A stretch of DNA of 64,000 nucleotides from Camelus ferus (Eukaryota), in contig NC_045697.1 in NCBI RefSeq assembly GCF_009834535.1, positions 9,426,001-9,490,000 of the forward strand, written 5' to 3'. The position numbers and the translations under genes are program-made. Below, in pieces: positions 1-13,416 of the stretch. The notes under the pieces were generated by a model. It was not told where the DNA came from, ran no database searches, and saw only the letters and a program-made list of their open reading frames with translations. Within the stretch, counting starts at the first letter, position 1; each line of letters opens with the position of its first letter.

Positions 1-160
1 TGACATTAGCAAAGGTATTTAACTTGTTTCTCCTTTTTGTCATCTTATCAATGTGCACAATATTTTACATTTAGCGCTGTTGTGAGAATGCAATAATATG
101 AACAATATTAAGTATAATACTGAGTTCTTGTCACTTAGTATGTGATCAATAACTGCTAAA
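1..160 (+). mobile_element. MIR SINE fragment (3' half)
   Basis: Degenerate MIR core and 3' end: tttaacttgtttctcc...gctgttgtgagaatgcaat...cacttagtatgtgatcaataactgcta. Confidence 0.5.
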
Positions 161-527
161 TCTCTTTCTTCTCCCTCTTTATCTGTATGCATCATAAAAT
201 GTCAAACAGACAATCGACCACATCAGTTAGATATGACTTCTTTAGGACATTACTGATAGGAGTCATATGTCAGAACTTTAGGCCTTTAAGATGTGCAACT
301 TTTTGCTGCAACTGCCCCTACTTTAGTTTTTAAGACAGTGACTTCAGAGCTTTCTGACATAACAAGGATTGCATTTACTTTGAAATTCCTACTGTGCTTT
401 GATTATAAATACAAACTGACAAAATTGTGCTTTTGCAATAATTGCATTTTTACAAAATCTTCCAAAGCCTTTTGTTTCCATGTGCTTTGAACCAGAAAGT
501 GAGGATTCCGTGAACCTTAAATAACAG

Positions 528-530
<3 letters not shown>

Positions 531-566
<36 letters not shown>

Positions 567-581
567 TGTGTGTGTATGTGT

Positions 582-620
<39 letters not shown>
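531..620. repeat. Interrupted (TG)n microsatellite, 90 nt
   Basis: Directly visible TG run with a few AG/TA interruptions. Confidence 0.98.
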
Positions 621-622
<2 letters not shown>

Positions 623-1309
623 TGCAAATAATTTAGGAGACTAACTAAAACTGGAGAATTTAGTTTTCAATTAAATTTTAATTTACAACTTTGGAATTTA
701 ATGAACAAGGTTTCGCTTCTCACTCTCTTTCCCAATATTGCTATCCATTCTGCTACCCTTCTCATTTTCCTCCTCTTTATCTCACTGTATCCTACTCACT
801 TTTCAAAACTCAACTCTAGCTTCTCTTCTTCTACAAGCTCCCTCTTAGGATTTCTTCCTTTGTTAACTGCTTTTGGTCCTACTTGCTGCTACCGTGGGAT
901 TCACAACTGGCCTAGACACGTGTGGTTTGGACTCTGGGTGTCCATGTCCATGGAAAAAAAATTCTAACCTCATAGGGGATATTGGTATGGAGATGTATAA
1001 GCCAAATTGAAGGCTGTAGAAGAAAGCTGAACTGAAATACCATGGAAAGGGTTTATATGCACCAATGCTGAAGGGGTCAAGGTGTGAGTTTGAAGTCAGA
1101 GTCATAAGTGATCAAACTAATAAATGAGTAAAGATACAGAAAATCTTTTTAGAAGGCTAGAGGATGAAAAATTTCTCACTGGTCAAACTGCCCTACATTG
1201 TCCTACAGAAGCTGTCTTCTCTTTGTATTTATAAGACTTTACTGTTTCTATTCATAGGTTAATTAGGATGTCAGACTACATGGCCTGAAGAATTATATCT
1301 TGGTAGCTG

Positions 1310-1495
1310 AAGAGCAATGTTCTAGGTCTGGCTTTACAATTCATTAACTGCATTATCTTACTCATGCAGCTGAACTGCTCCTGAGCCTCAGTTTAATAAA
1401 AGTACAGGAGCTCAAGTAATGCCTAGCTCATGGAAGGATGGGGCATTCAGTGAGATAATGCGTTAGGAAAAGTGCTGAAGAAATACTAGACAGTG
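1310..1495 (+). mobile_element. MIR SINE
   Basis: ctgaactgctcctgagcctcagttt...cctagctcatggaaggatggggcattcagtgagataatgcg resembles the MIR core. Confidence 0.6.
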
Positions 1496-1529
1496 CTGCA
1501 AATAAAATAAAATGTTATTTATTAACTCC

Positions 1530-1577
<48 letters not shown>
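1530..1577. repeat. (TCTA)12 tetranucleotide microsatellite
   Basis: Perfect TCTA run, directly visible. Confidence 0.97.
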
Positions 1578-1578
<1 letters not shown>

Positions 1579-1864
1579 ATGTGTGTATATATATGAAATG
1601 CTAGCTTTTCAACCTACAAGAAAAAAAATTTAGGGAAGGAATCCATATCGCATTTTACTAAGTTATACTTTACATTATAGGTTTAGGAGTGCATTCTTTG
1701 ACACATGTTTAATGTCAGCAGGTGATTATTTTTCTCTCTGAACACATTTACGAAACTTCTGTTTCTCTTGTATCTCTGATAAGTAGAAATTGTCATAAAG
1801 AATCATTTATCAGAACAATACTAAATTGACAAGGTAAGTGATGTAATTTATTACTGCAAGAAAT

Positions 1865-2065
1865 ACCTGAATTCAAACCCTGGCCTCATCACTCACAAAA
1901 CTTTTGAATAAGTTGCCTAGCTTCTCCATGTCTCGATTTCTTCAACTGCAGACTGGAGATAAGAGTAGTTGGCTCAGGGGACTTTTCAAAAGACCAAGTG
2001 ACTTAAGGTACATTAAGTAGCACAGTGCCTTTCTTAGCACAAAGGCAGTGATCAGTAAATGCTGC
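1865..2065 (+). mobile_element. MIR SINE
   Basis: cctgaattcaaaccctggcctcatcactcac...aagttgcctagcttctccatgtctcgatttcttcaactg...cacagtgcct...cagtaaatgct follows the MIR consensus order. Confidence 0.6.
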
Positions 2066-3014
2066 TTTCTTGTCTCTCTCTTTTGACACAATTGTCCCTT
2101 TCTTGGAGGTGGTATACAGGGTGGCCTCATTGTCTTGTTTTTTGATGAGCTATCTCTTTCTGTGACCATCTCTGATTTTAAGGATTAGAGAAATAGAGGT
2201 GCTATTTCTCAGTGAGTAGCTGGAAAGGAAGTTTTCCTTTTTTAAAAAATTAATATATTTTATAAGAACAATAGCTCTGGTTGTCCCTACTTGATAATCC
2301 TTGCACCATCAGCCTACCTTAGCAAAAGGAAAGCTGTTTGATGTCATTTTGAAAAGTTTTAAAGAAGAAGATGGAAGGAAATCTAGAAATAAAATAACAG
2401 AGGCTGGCTCTTAGGAACTTCAGAGTAGGACAATACTGTATTTCTGTTCACAGGGAGCTTCACCATTCAAATGCATTCACTTTTCATAAAGCACCTCCTC
2501 AATTTCAGCCCAAACATTGAAAACTGAGCCTATTAAATAGAACAAAAACATTTTTGAAAACATCTTTGGAAAAACACAATTTTGGCACAAAGTGATGAGA
2601 ATCAAGAGGGCTGAAAAAAATCAAAATGGAATTTGGTGTGAGAGAGACAAGCGCTCTGGTGGTTAGTTATTTGTGAAACTTGCAAGGTAGCAATCAAAGG
2701 GGAAGACTGCACCTATCAGCACATATTGTTCCTAGTGCCCCTGATTCATCCTTTCGAAATTCAAGGAGTCAAGCAATTACAGGGACCAAGGATCCAATTT
2801 TATAGAAAAGGGAGGACATAGATTTGACTATAGTTAAGGTATTCATCAGCAAGTCTTTCTCTAGACTTTCAAGTCCTCCCTCTTTTTATGTCCTCTTTGC
2901 ATGTTCCACTGCATCTATAAATCATTCCTGGGCCACTGTGACCATGCTTTCTTCCTCTTTCAAAGTATGGGAGGAGGTACGAGGTACTCTCTGCACTGCT
3001 AACAGCAGTTTCCT

Positions 3015-3235
3015 TTAGTGGTTAGAATTTTGGCTCTGGAAACCAGACTACCTGGACTTAATCTTGGCTCTGGCACTTGCTACTTTAAAATCCTTTGTGC
3101 ATCTGTTTTATCATCTATAAAATGGGATTATTGCTGGTGCAATATTATCTAACTTATAAGGGTTAAAAAGAGGTTGCAAAACACTTCAGATGGCACTAGA
3201 AATATGGTTGGTACTCCACACTGAGTTAGTTGTTA
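3015..3235 (+). mobile_element. MIR SINE, near full length
   Basis: tagtggttagaattttggctctggaaaccagactacctggacttaatcttggctctggcacttgcta...ctgttttatcatctataaaatggga matches MIR. Confidence 0.75.
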
Positions 3236-3382
3236 TTGGTTAATATGACCATCCTCTATCATTAGTTTGAAACCTAGAACTGAGGAGTCTTTCTCATATG
3301 CAAATATGTCTTAGTCACTTCGTGCTGCAACTCCTTCAATGACTACCCATCTTCAGACGAAAGCTCAAACTTTTTGACATGA

Positions 3383-3862
3383 TGTAATATGAAGAGTAAT
3401 GTATACTCTGCCAATCCAAAGATTTTTACATCATAACACTGAGACTGTGAATGTTATCTCACAGGGCAAAAGGGGCTTTGCAGATATGATCACAGGTATA
3501 TTATTCTGGATTGTCCAGTCTAAGCAAGTGTGTCCTTACAAGAGGAAAACCTTTCTCAGATATGGCGAGAGAGAGACTGATGATGGAAGATGGATCAGGG
3601 ATATGCAACACTGCTGGCTTTGAAGGTGGGAGAAATGGGGCAATGAATTCAGGAGTACAGGCAGCCTCCAGAAGCTGGAAAAGGCAGGAGATGGATCCTC
3701 CCATAAAGCTTTCAGAAGAAAATATAGCCTTGCAGACACTTTTGCATTTAGCCCAGTGAAACTGATATCAACCCTCTGATCTAAAGAACTGTGGGATAAA
3801 TGTTTGTTCTAAGCCACCAAATTTGTGTTAATTTTTTATGGCAGACATAGGAAATCAACACA
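3383..3862 (+). mobile_element. MaLR solo LTR, MLT1D-like, interrupting an L2 fragment
   Basis: TG...CA termini; ggcaaaaggggctttgcagatatgat, ctccagaagctggaaaaggcaggag, taagccaccaaatttgtg are MLT1D hallmarks; 5-bp TSD catga/catgg; L2 sequence continues on both sides. Confidence 0.85.
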
Positions 3863-4092
3863 CATGGCAAATAAAACCTTTTGTCTTGGTGCTTGCCTTC
3901 CTCTCTGCCTATTTTCATACCAAAAAGGATAATATGGAAGGGAGAGTCCACGGCCAGTGGCCAGGCTTCCTTGAGCACAGGCAGGATTCATATGTGTATG
4001 CTGGCATTTTTCTAAGAAAGAGACAAAGTAGTTATCAGGAGAATGAGTAGATGTCTGAGGCACAATAAAGGAATGTGAAGTCAGGAGGAGGG

Positions 4093-4625
4093 CATGATAG
4101 TCAGAAATTCTAAGATGTCCTTCAATGCTCCCACTCCTATACAATCCCAGATCTACAGTTAAGACAGAATATCACTCCCATGGTTGTGGTTGACCATATG
4201 GCAAAAAGGAATCTGCAGAATGTAATTAAGCTCTAAAATCAGTTGACCTTAAGATAAAGAGATTATATGAGTGAAACTGACTTTATCGAATGAGGGTTTT
4301 AAATATAGATCTAGAGGTCAGATAAAGAGGAATTCAGAGCCTCAAATCATGAGAAGGATTTGAAATGTGATTGCTAGCTTTGACGATGTAAGTTGCCAGG
4401 ATGCAAGGACTGTGAATGGCCTCTAGGCACTGAAAACAGCCCCCAGCTGGCAACCAGCAAGGAAATGGAAACCTCAGTCCTACAACCAAAACAATCCTTT
4501 CAACCATGTGAATGAGCTCAGAAGTGACTCTTCTCAGGAGCTTCCAGAAAAGAGTACAGTCCAGCCAACACCTTTTTATTTCAGCCCTTTGATGCCCGGA
4601 GCAGAGAACCCAACTGTGTGGCATC
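4093..4625 (+). mobile_element. MaLR solo LTR, MLT1E-type, 3'-truncated
   Basis: cagaaattctaagatg start, aatcagttgaccttaagataaagagattat, cagctggcaaccagcaaggaaatggaaacctcagtcctacaacc. Confidence 0.8.
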
Positions 4626-5219
4626 CTCTATGTTGGGACTCCTACATACAGAGCTGTGAGTGCCCAGGAAGAATTACAGACTCGGTTGTTGATGACCTGT
4701 CTGAACTTGGAAGAATGGCTTAACTTCTCTAAGTCTCGGTCTTCTCACATGGGCTGTGGTAAGGACTGTAAAACAGTACATATAACAGATTTATGTGGTA
4801 GCTGGTCCACATTAAGAGGACAGTCACAGGTCATTACACTAGGCCTTCTGCCTCTTATTATAATTACCTATATCTTCCTCTTGTGGGGACTCTCAGTGCA
4901 CTTGGAAAGGGGAGAATAAGTCAATTACCTGGGAAAATGATAAGGTGTCAGACTGCAGGGAGGCTTGGATGCAAAGCTGAAATCATGGTACTTTGTTCCA
5001 GTGGCAGTAGCAAAATAGTCAATGATTTTGAGCAGAGAAATTACTTTAAAATTCCATCATGTGTCCTGCAACAGGTAGGTAATTTCTGTGTGTTTCCTTT
5101 TCCTCAACTTTAATATGAGGAATACATTAGGACCTACCTTATCAAATTAAATGAATTAACAATGTAAAGTGCATAGAAAAGTGCCTTACATAGTAAAGAT
5201 GTAATAAGTGGTATTTTTA

Positions 5220-5975
5220 ACTCATTCATTCACTTATTCGTTGTCCAGTATTTATCAATGGCCTCATGGTGCCAGACAATGTTCTAGGAATTGAAGATAC
5301 ATTAGGTATAAAATAAAAGAAAATCTATAAAGTTGATATTGCTGGGGGGGTGTCATTCAGATAATAAATAAAAGAATATTTTTTTAAATATGTGTATGTG
5401 TATCTCTGTAGCATATTAGATGGTGATAAATGCTCTTGAGAAAAATAAAAACTGTCAAGAGGAATCAAAAGTGCCAGGGTGGGAGCAGGAAAGACAGGTT
5501 TCAATTATAAATGGATTATTCAGGGATGGCCAGAGATGGAGGATGGCATCGGGTCTCGGCTAGATGGAAGAGAAAGTGTACAACCTATGAGGCTTTCAAG
5601 GGGAGGAATGCTGCAGACGTAGGAAAGGGCTAGAACTAGGGGCCTAAAGGAAGGCCCACCAGATATGTCTAGGGAGAGGCAACAATGTCAATATGGCTGG
5701 AGTAGATTTAGCCAAGGGGCTGGGAGTGGTCAAAGGAGATGAGGTCTGCATACTAGGAGGAGGGGCCGGATTTTGTAGGACCATATGATGGTTGTCAAAA
5801 TTGGGGCTCTTACTCTCTTGGGATGAGGAGTTATCCGTCACTGCACTGTTGTCGAGTAGAGAAGGGATAAAGTCTCAGCTATATTTGAACAGCATCAGTC
5901 TGGTGCTGTGCTTCGTACTGATAGTCTGAGGATGAGATCAAAACCATTGAGACAATATGGAAGTAAAACAGTAAT
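5220..5975 (-). mobile_element. L2 LINE 3' fragment
   Basis: Starts with the cattcattca tail on the minus strand, then tggtgccagacaatgttctagg and gctggagtagatttagccaagggg typical of L2. Confidence 0.75.
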
Positions 5976-7211
5976 TTCAAGTAGTTTACACTTCTACCAG
6001 AGATTTTAAACAAAACGTTTGTTTTGGTAATCAAAATTTGATTTCTCGACTGAATAATTTAATACATCCTGTGTAACTGAAGTAAATCTTTTTTCCTCCC
6101 TCTCTTGAAATAATACAGGAGAAATATATATATATATTATTCAAAGCTTTTGTACAGCATCTGAAATGCAGCTAATGCTTAAAGCTGAATTAAAGTGTTG
6201 GCTGCCTCTTCTTCTGTTAACATTTGCTTTGTTCTAAACATGACTGCTGGGCAGATGAAGGATGGTGATGATTAAGGGAAGAAATGTATAGCATTTATAA
6301 GGGACTTGAATGTTGAATTACTGAGCAGTCCTAAAATGCCAGTATCACATTTCAGATCGTCTTGCCTTGGCTGAGGTGGCATCTAGGGTTAATCATTTCT
6401 CCTCTGGGTGCCTTGGTAGCAAAATCTCAAATTCAGAAATGTCCAAGACGTATCTGCTTCTTGAGAGCGCCCTTCAACTGTGAAGTGCAGAAAGCAAGAG
6501 CCCCGCTACTCCTACCCTCCCCATCACTGTGCCAACGAACAAAATCTATTCTTGTTTCAACCATTTCATCTAGGCGTTTAATCATCAACCATCTGAGTGT
6601 CTGGTATTGGTCAGATACAAGGCTAGGCACTGTGGTAATGTGAGTTTGAGTCCTGATGCTGCAGCTTCATAGCTATGTGTTCTTAAAAAAGTAAACCGTG
6701 TTGAGAGGGATGGTGTGGGGAAGAAGGTAGAGGAGATCCGTAGCCATTTAATGTGCATACAAGAATAAAAAAGATTACTATTGTAAATGGAATTCTTCAA
6801 CTCAAGAAGTTACTAGTAAAAGTAGACCACTGTAAACTCAAACAAACAACAAAAAAAGAAAACAATAAAGATAATGGAAGAAATGAAATGAAAGAGTAAG
6901 CAAGCCACCATAAAAAAGGATCAATGAAGCTCCAAGAAGAGCTGGTGCTCAATAAAACAACTGCCAGCACATCACAATTCCCTGCCTTTGGCTCCATCCA
7001 GCTGGAGCTAGGTTTCTGTCTCATCCGACCAAGACGTACTGAGGTTTCAGCTAGATATCACTGAAGAAAGTGCAAAGAGTACTCAAGTGCTTTGAAGAAA
7101 CTGCAAGGAGTGTCATTTTCATACAAACTCATCTAAAGGAAAATTAAAGGAAAAAGTAGTCTCTGCTTCAGATGTTTTGCATCAATATCTCATTTACTCT
7201 CCCCAACACCT

Positions 7212-7636
7212 TGTATCATTTAGCTGCAGCCACAGTAAAGCTGCATAGCAAACATCCACAGCAACCTCAGAAGCACATGACCAGTGCATAGTCTGTAGTT
7301 GTTCTAGGGGTCGGCTGATCGAGGTGGGTCATCTGGAGATGACTTTGCCCAATCCTCTCTCATTTGCCTCATGGGATCAGCAGCTGTTCTGGGCATACTC
7401 TTGTCATGGTGAGGGTGATAATGCAAAAGAGTAAGCCCAATGATATTAAGGCTTTCCAGACTTCTGCTTATGACATCAGCTAAGGTTCCAACAGCCAAAG
7501 CAAGTCTGAACCCAAAATTAAGGGTGGGAAAATTTACTCTGGAGTTCTAATGGAAGGACATATAAAGTCACGTGGAACAGTGTTAGGCAGATACAGGGAA
7601 ACATGAAAATTGGGATCTTTAATGAAATCCACTACA
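7212..7636 (-). mobile_element. MaLR solo LTR, MLT1H/I-like
   Basis: tgtatcatttagct start, gggcatactcttgtcatggtga, cagccaaagcaagtc, ends atccactaca. Confidence 0.65.
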
Positions 7637-7819
7637 TTCTGTATGGTAGATATTTTTGATACATATCTGAATAAATTCCTGAGAGGTAGAGACAGGAAAG
7701 AAAGCCTAAACAGAGAACTCCAGGCCAGGACAGCTATAAATAACTTTTTTCAGAGTGCACTGGGAGAAATATGCCTTGCAAAGAAATGAGCTAAAGAAGA
7801 TTTAGTAGTTCAGCTGTAG

Positions 7820-8900
7820 TTCAGCACTTATTATATGCAAGTAATCACATTAGGCACTAAGGACATATTAGTGAGTAAAAGTTGAAATGGATCCTGTCCT
7901 CAGGATGCTTGCAGTACATGTACAGAAAATGCAAGACAATCACACCAAGCCATGTATAATTTCTAACTGTGGTGAATGGCATAAAGGAAATGTACATGTT
8001 GACAAGAGGGTGCCTAAAAGGTACACGACCAGATCTGGGCATCAGACAGGGTTCCTGAGGAGAGAATGATCTAACTGAGATCTAAAGAACCAGTAGGCAT
8101 TAACAAGACTTAGACTGAAGGGAGAATCATTACAAACAGATAAGAAGCATCCTCCAAGACTCTGGTGGAGGCATTGTGGTACTTGGGTGGCCAGTGAAGA
8201 GTGTGGAATAAAAGAGGTTGAAGACAGGGCCAGAGCCAGATGGTGCTGGGCCTTGTAGAACAGCTAGAGGATTGGGGTGTTTATCCTAAGAACAATGGGA
8301 AGCCACTGAAAAGCTTTCATAGAAAAATAACATCATCAGGTGTTCATCATGGAAGTTTTATTCTGGCTACACTGTGTAAGAAGAGGAGACAAATGTAGGA
8401 GAGAAATTGAGAAACTCAATGAGGAGTTGATTCCTGTACTTCTGCTGAGAGACAACAGTAGCTTAAGGAGAAGGATCATGCAACTGGGCTGGAGAAAAAG
8501 GCTCAGGTGTTAGAACGATAAACTGAGAATATGACTTCATGATAGTTGAAGGAAATATTTATTAAACAAACAAACAAACAAACAAAAAAGGTAAAAAGAA
8601 TGATGGCCAGCGCCCTCTGGGAGCTCAAGTATTGCTGAAGGTCGCTGGTGATCATAGTGGGAATTGTTTGAAGAGGGCGGATCTGGCTGGAGCGGGCTGA
8701 GGACTGAGCCGGAGAGGAGGGAGAGGAAGTAGAGGACACCTTTGAGAGATCCTTTGTTGAAAGAGAGTGGGGGAGAGCAGAAGTCAGAGGCAGATGTGGC
8801 TCGGAGGTTCTTCATTTATTTTGTCCATGATTAGAGAGAACTGAGAGAGTTTAAACACTGATAAGAATCCAATTGAGAAGGAAAGTTTAAAAATATTTAG
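7820..8900 (-). mobile_element. L2 LINE fragment(s)
   Basis: agcacttattatatgcaag...cctgtcctcaggatgcttgcagt; ttatcctaagaacaatgggaagccactgaaaagcttt; gagagatcctttgttgaaagagagt. Confidence 0.7.
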
Positions 8901-9929
8901 GAAAGAGGAGTAATCAATCCTTTAAAATTTAAAGAAATGCTTAAGCAAAAATAAAACAGAAGAGCCATAAGACAAAATCCAGCCATTCTATCACATCAAA
9001 TTGTCAGATGAGAATATTATAAGCCCTAAAGAAAATTCCTACCTGTCTAGCAGAGGTCATTCACTTACCTATACCTACACCTGGTATTGAGGATGACTTA
9101 ATGGAATCAATGAGCTTCTGTGAACTATCTGAACTACCTACAGAATTTTTAGTGTATGTGTGCACATTTGTGTTTACAGCAAGAAATAAAGGGTGCTCAT
9201 TACTAAATAATGTGGACTTTATTTCTACAAACAGTAGATCAAGTTAAATGATACTTTAGGAACTACTATAAATAGATAGCTACTTTGGGTGGATGCTACC
9301 TGAAAACTAAAGAAAAATTTCAGATGTCTGGCATGCATAAGACCAGGTAAAGTTCCCTTACAGTCTTCTCTAATAACAAAATAAATTTTAGTCTGAGAAT
9401 GCTGTTCATTTCAGATGAGTGACAGATGAAATTCTAGAATTACAATATGACACTGAATAAATTCCTTAATGGAGAGAAACATTTGATTTCATCTTAATCT
9501 CATAATTTTATAATGGAGCTCATACAGGGAGGTCTTTGTTCCTTCAACTTGGCCTGATTCCCCAGCCTGATCTTTGCAAACCTCCCTTGACAGACTCTCA
9601 TCCTCCTTCAACTTGACAGTATGAGTCAGTCTCAGATGTCAGTGCATTCAGCATGTATTGACTTTTAAAATTTTCATTTTGACACCGTAATGATCTCTCT
9701 ATAGATTTACACTGAAATCATCCTGCCATTTTCTTGGCACTTTAGAGTAGGTATTTTTGACTTTGTATTGTTACCAGGGATCTTAGTATTGATTAAAAAA
9801 CTTGGCAATATATACACATAATCAGGTTGCAGTGGTTTTCTATCAGTCAGAAAAAAGCAAAGTAAGACAAAGGAGATCATTTTCATCTTCAGATTGCCTG
9901 AAATTAAAAAAAAAAAAAAACATAAAAAT

Positions 9930-10700
9930 GTCCTGTTCAACCAGAATAGTGGGTTCACAAGCAACGCTAATGGTAATGTTAACGGATAAAAACATTTTGC
10001 AAAGCTATGGAGCAACATGTTTTATATTTTAAATACACTGTGTCTGCAGGGGGTGGGGTGGGGAAGAGTATTTGGTTTATTTATTTATTTTTAGAGGAGG
10101 TACGAGGGATTGAACCCAGGAATTAGTGCGTGCTAAGCAGGCACTTTATCACTTGAGCTATACCCTCCTCCCCTTATGTTTGAAACATACAGATCCCTTG
10201 ACCTGGTAATCCTACTGAGGTGAGTCTTCTCTCCAGATTTATGTATGTAGGTGGGTATTATAGCATCATCATGACAAAAACATGACATAAGCGAATTGTC
10301 CTTCAATATGAAAACAGTTGAAAAAGTGTGCTGTGTCTTTACTGTGTAACACTATGCAGTTCCTAAAACCGATGTGCTAGGCCCTCATGCAATGGCCTGC
10401 AAGACTGAACACAATACGCAAAACATTTTTAACCAAAGAAAAGAAAACTTAAATCCATACTAACATGCTTATATAAGCTGCCCTTTATGAAAATGAGCAA
10501 GTCATAAATTCTTTGTATTTATGGGTCTTGGGCAGGGAGGCACATGTATATGTGTGTATAAACATGAGGACAAGTTGGAATGTTACAGCTATTAATATTG
10601 TTTATTTTGGGGGAATTGGAAGGTAAAGATTTGGGTGAAGGTTATTAACTGTTTTCCTTATTTTGTGTTTGAATTTTTTTTCTTGTCACTGCAATTATTT
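9930..10700 (+). mobile_element. Ancient L1 (L1ME-type) ORF2 end/3' UTR, interrupted by a SINE
   Basis: catacagatcccttgacctggtaatcctact, tgtccttcaatatg, acactatgcagttcctaaaa follow the L1 3' region order. Confidence 0.55.
10049..10173 (-). mobile_element. tRNA-Ala(AGC)-derived SINE (camelid vic-1-like)
   Basis: Reverse complement ggggaggagggtatagctcaagtgataaagtgcctgcttagcacgcac...cctgggttcaatccc followed by an aaataaataaataaacc tail; homologous to the copies at 18745 and 56253. Confidence 0.9.
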
Positions 10701-10879
10701 ATAAAACTTTTGGAAAAATAAAACAACAGGACAAACAGAAAAACAAAACTAAGGCTGTGAACTAGATAGAGCTGATCACCTAGGAGAGAAGTAGAGAGAA
10801 GGGGAAAAAAAGGTATGTATCCAAGTCTTAGAGCATTCCAGCATTCTGCAGATGGATTTTTAACTAAGGGAAAATAGTA

Positions 10880-11890
10880 GGTAGGTTTCTGGCAATGGCT
10901 ATCTAGGTTATTCTGAAACAACCAACCCTCTGAGAACAACTAGAAAAACTGTAAAATACATTAAAACATCTGTTTGAAGGCACACAGAGCTCGCAAAGCA
11001 GTGAAGAATTGAAAGGCCAAAAGCTGGAAGGGAAGTAAAGCCAAGAGAAATGAGCTTGCATTTAGTGCTGCTTTTCTCATGTTAAAGCAGAGGCTAGGAA
11101 GCTGAAAAGCTGAACATAGATATATAAGCATCACAGACCTGGGAGGCAAAGAGTGAATTCAGGACCCACCAAAGAAAAGGGCTCCTGGTAAACACCAGAA
11201 GACTTTCATTAACACTGTGAACGGCTGCTCCCTAGAAGTAAGGATGAACATGAAATAGCTTGCCTTCACAATGACTAAGGCTAGCCTTCAGCTATCTTAG
11301 TACTTGACTAGATTAAGAATAAAGGCTTCCAGTTAGAGGTGAGAGATAGATGAACTCATAGGTAGATTAGGATTTGACTGAAAAACAAAGATACAATAGA
11401 AAAAGAACCCTTGGAGATCCTGATACTGGAGTTTTCAGACATGTATTTTATAATAACTTATCATACATGAATGAAATAGAATTAAAACAAACAGAAAGAA
11501 TGAGCAGAGAATTTAAAAGTATAAAAAGAGAGACTTGCATGGAAATTCTAGAAGGTAACAATGCAATAACTAAAATTATGAACCCAATGGGTATGTTTTG
11601 TGTTTCTCAACCAGGGATGATTTTGCCCCCCAAAAGACATGTGGTAATGTTTGGAGACAATTTGGGTTGTACCACTTGGGAGATGCCACTGGCCTCTTGT
11701 GGGTAGAGACTAGTGATACTATTGAACACCCTTCAATACACAGGGCAGCCCCACAAAACAAAGAGTTCTTCAGTCCAAAATGCCAGTAGTGCTATGGTCA
11801 AAAAACCCTTAACAGCACATAAAACCCACATAACAAGAAATTAATGAGCTGGAAGATGAAAAGGTTAGATGAAAATATATAGACTGAACG
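10880..11890 (+). mobile_element. Ancient L1/HAL1-type 5' region and ORF1 remnant
   Basis: gatactggagttttcagac, atggaaattctagaaggtaacaatgcaataactaaaatt, aattaatgagctggaagat resemble the L1 ORF1 coiled-coil region; split by MER20. Confidence 0.6.
11599..11809 (+). mobile_element. MER20 hAT-Charlie non-autonomous DNA transposon
   Basis: tttctcaaccagggatgattttgcccccc...tttggagacaatttgggttg...gggcagccccacaaaacaaagag...aaaaaccct matches MER20 end to end. Confidence 0.9.
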
Positions 11891-11899
11891 GGGCAAGGA

Positions 11900-12930
11900 G
11901 TAGCAGGAGGCGGGATTACCAAGGGACTTTGAGACTCACTCGATTGTGGTACTATTTACACTGTTGTATACTCATTTCAAATTGTGCCATTTACTTTACG
12001 TCCACTATATCCCAAAAGAGCTATTAAAATGAAACAAAAATATCTTCTCTCAGAGAAGATATTTGCAAGATATGCCTTCAACAAAAGTTTAACATCTCAG
12101 ATATACAAAACTCCTACAAGTTGCTAAGAAAAAGAAAGATAACTAAAAATAGATGAGCGATTTCAACAGATACCTCACAAGTTATTCAGATTTCAGTAAC
12201 TACATGAAAATGCACTCATCCTAACAAATTATCTGAAAAATGCAAATAAAAGCCACAATGAGATGTTGCACACCTACTCGTAAAAACACCGACAATACCA
12301 ACTGCTGTTAAGGATATGGGGCTCCTGGAACTCTCTTATATTGTTGGTGGAAATTAAAAAAAAAAATAAAGTCAGCTACAAGACTGAACATAAAAATACC
12401 AGGTTTTAGCAATTTTTCTCTTAGGTGTATGCTGATTATGTTATGTGTATATATGTTTTTAAAAGGTCACGTATAATCATGTACATAGCAGGCATTATTC
12501 ATAGGAGCCTTTAACTGGAAACAACCTTGTTGTTTATAATTAGTAGATAGACAAAACAGATTATGGCATATTAATAGTATGAAATACTGTATAGTAATAT
12601 AAATGAACAAATTCCCACTGCATGCACCAATATGGAAGAATCTCATAAACATAATATGGTGTGAAATAAGTCAATGCAAAGGAATATAGACTCTATGAAT
12701 CCATTTATATAAAGTTCAAAAACAGGCAAAACTAATTTATGTTGTTAGAAGTCAGGATGGTGGTGAGGAGGAAAGAATTATTTACTGGTAGAGTCTGAGA
12801 AGAACTGGTAATATTTTATATTTGACTTGTGGTAGTTGCATAGGTTGCCAATGTTTTCATAACTTATCAAGCTGAATATATGTTTTATGCATATACATAT
12901 TATATTTCACAAATTAGGCTTATTAAAGAA
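11900..12930 (+). mobile_element. Old L1 (L1ME-type) ORF2 3' end and 3' UTR fragments
   Basis: agaagatatttgcaa, aaatgcaaataaaagccacaatgagat, gaatctcataaacataat, aagttcaaaaacaggcaaaactaatttatgttgttagaagtcagga. Confidence 0.8.
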
Positions 12931-13038
12931 AAGTGAAAATCTTTAGCTCCCCTGCTATTCTTTGGTGTTTTGTATAAGAAAGTAATTCAATCAATGCCCA
13001 CTTACTAAGAGTGTACCATAAACCAGGTACTAGGCTAT

Positions 13039-13416
13039 TGTTATAAGTTGAATTACTGAAAAACAATTCAAATCATAGGTTGAAGCCCCAACCATCAGGA
13101 ACACAGAATGTGACTGTATTTGGAGATAGGATATTTAAGAAGGCAATTAAAATCAAATGAGGTTTATAGGGTGGTCTTTAATCCAACATGACTAATAGCC
13201 TAATAAGTGGACACAGACTCACACAGAGAACGGCCACATAAAGACACAGGGAGAAATGCTTATTTACAGGAGACAAAGAAAGTGCTCAGAAGGAGCTAAT
13301 ACTGTCAACACCTTGACCTTGGACTGCTAACTTCCAGAACTTGGAAAATACATGTCTATTGTTTGAGGCACTCAGTCTGTGATACATTATTAGGACAGCT
13401 GTATCAAACTAATATA
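13039..13416 (+). mobile_element. MaLR solo LTR, MLT1A/B-like, inserted in an L2 3' end
   Basis: tgttataagttgaatt start, gaatgtgactgtatttggagatagg, acaccttgaccttggact, aaactaatata end; TSD gctat/gatat. Confidence 0.85.

Noticed and set aside
11374..11706. 110-aa ORF
   Set aside because: Chance read-through from an L1 ORF1 remnant into MER20.
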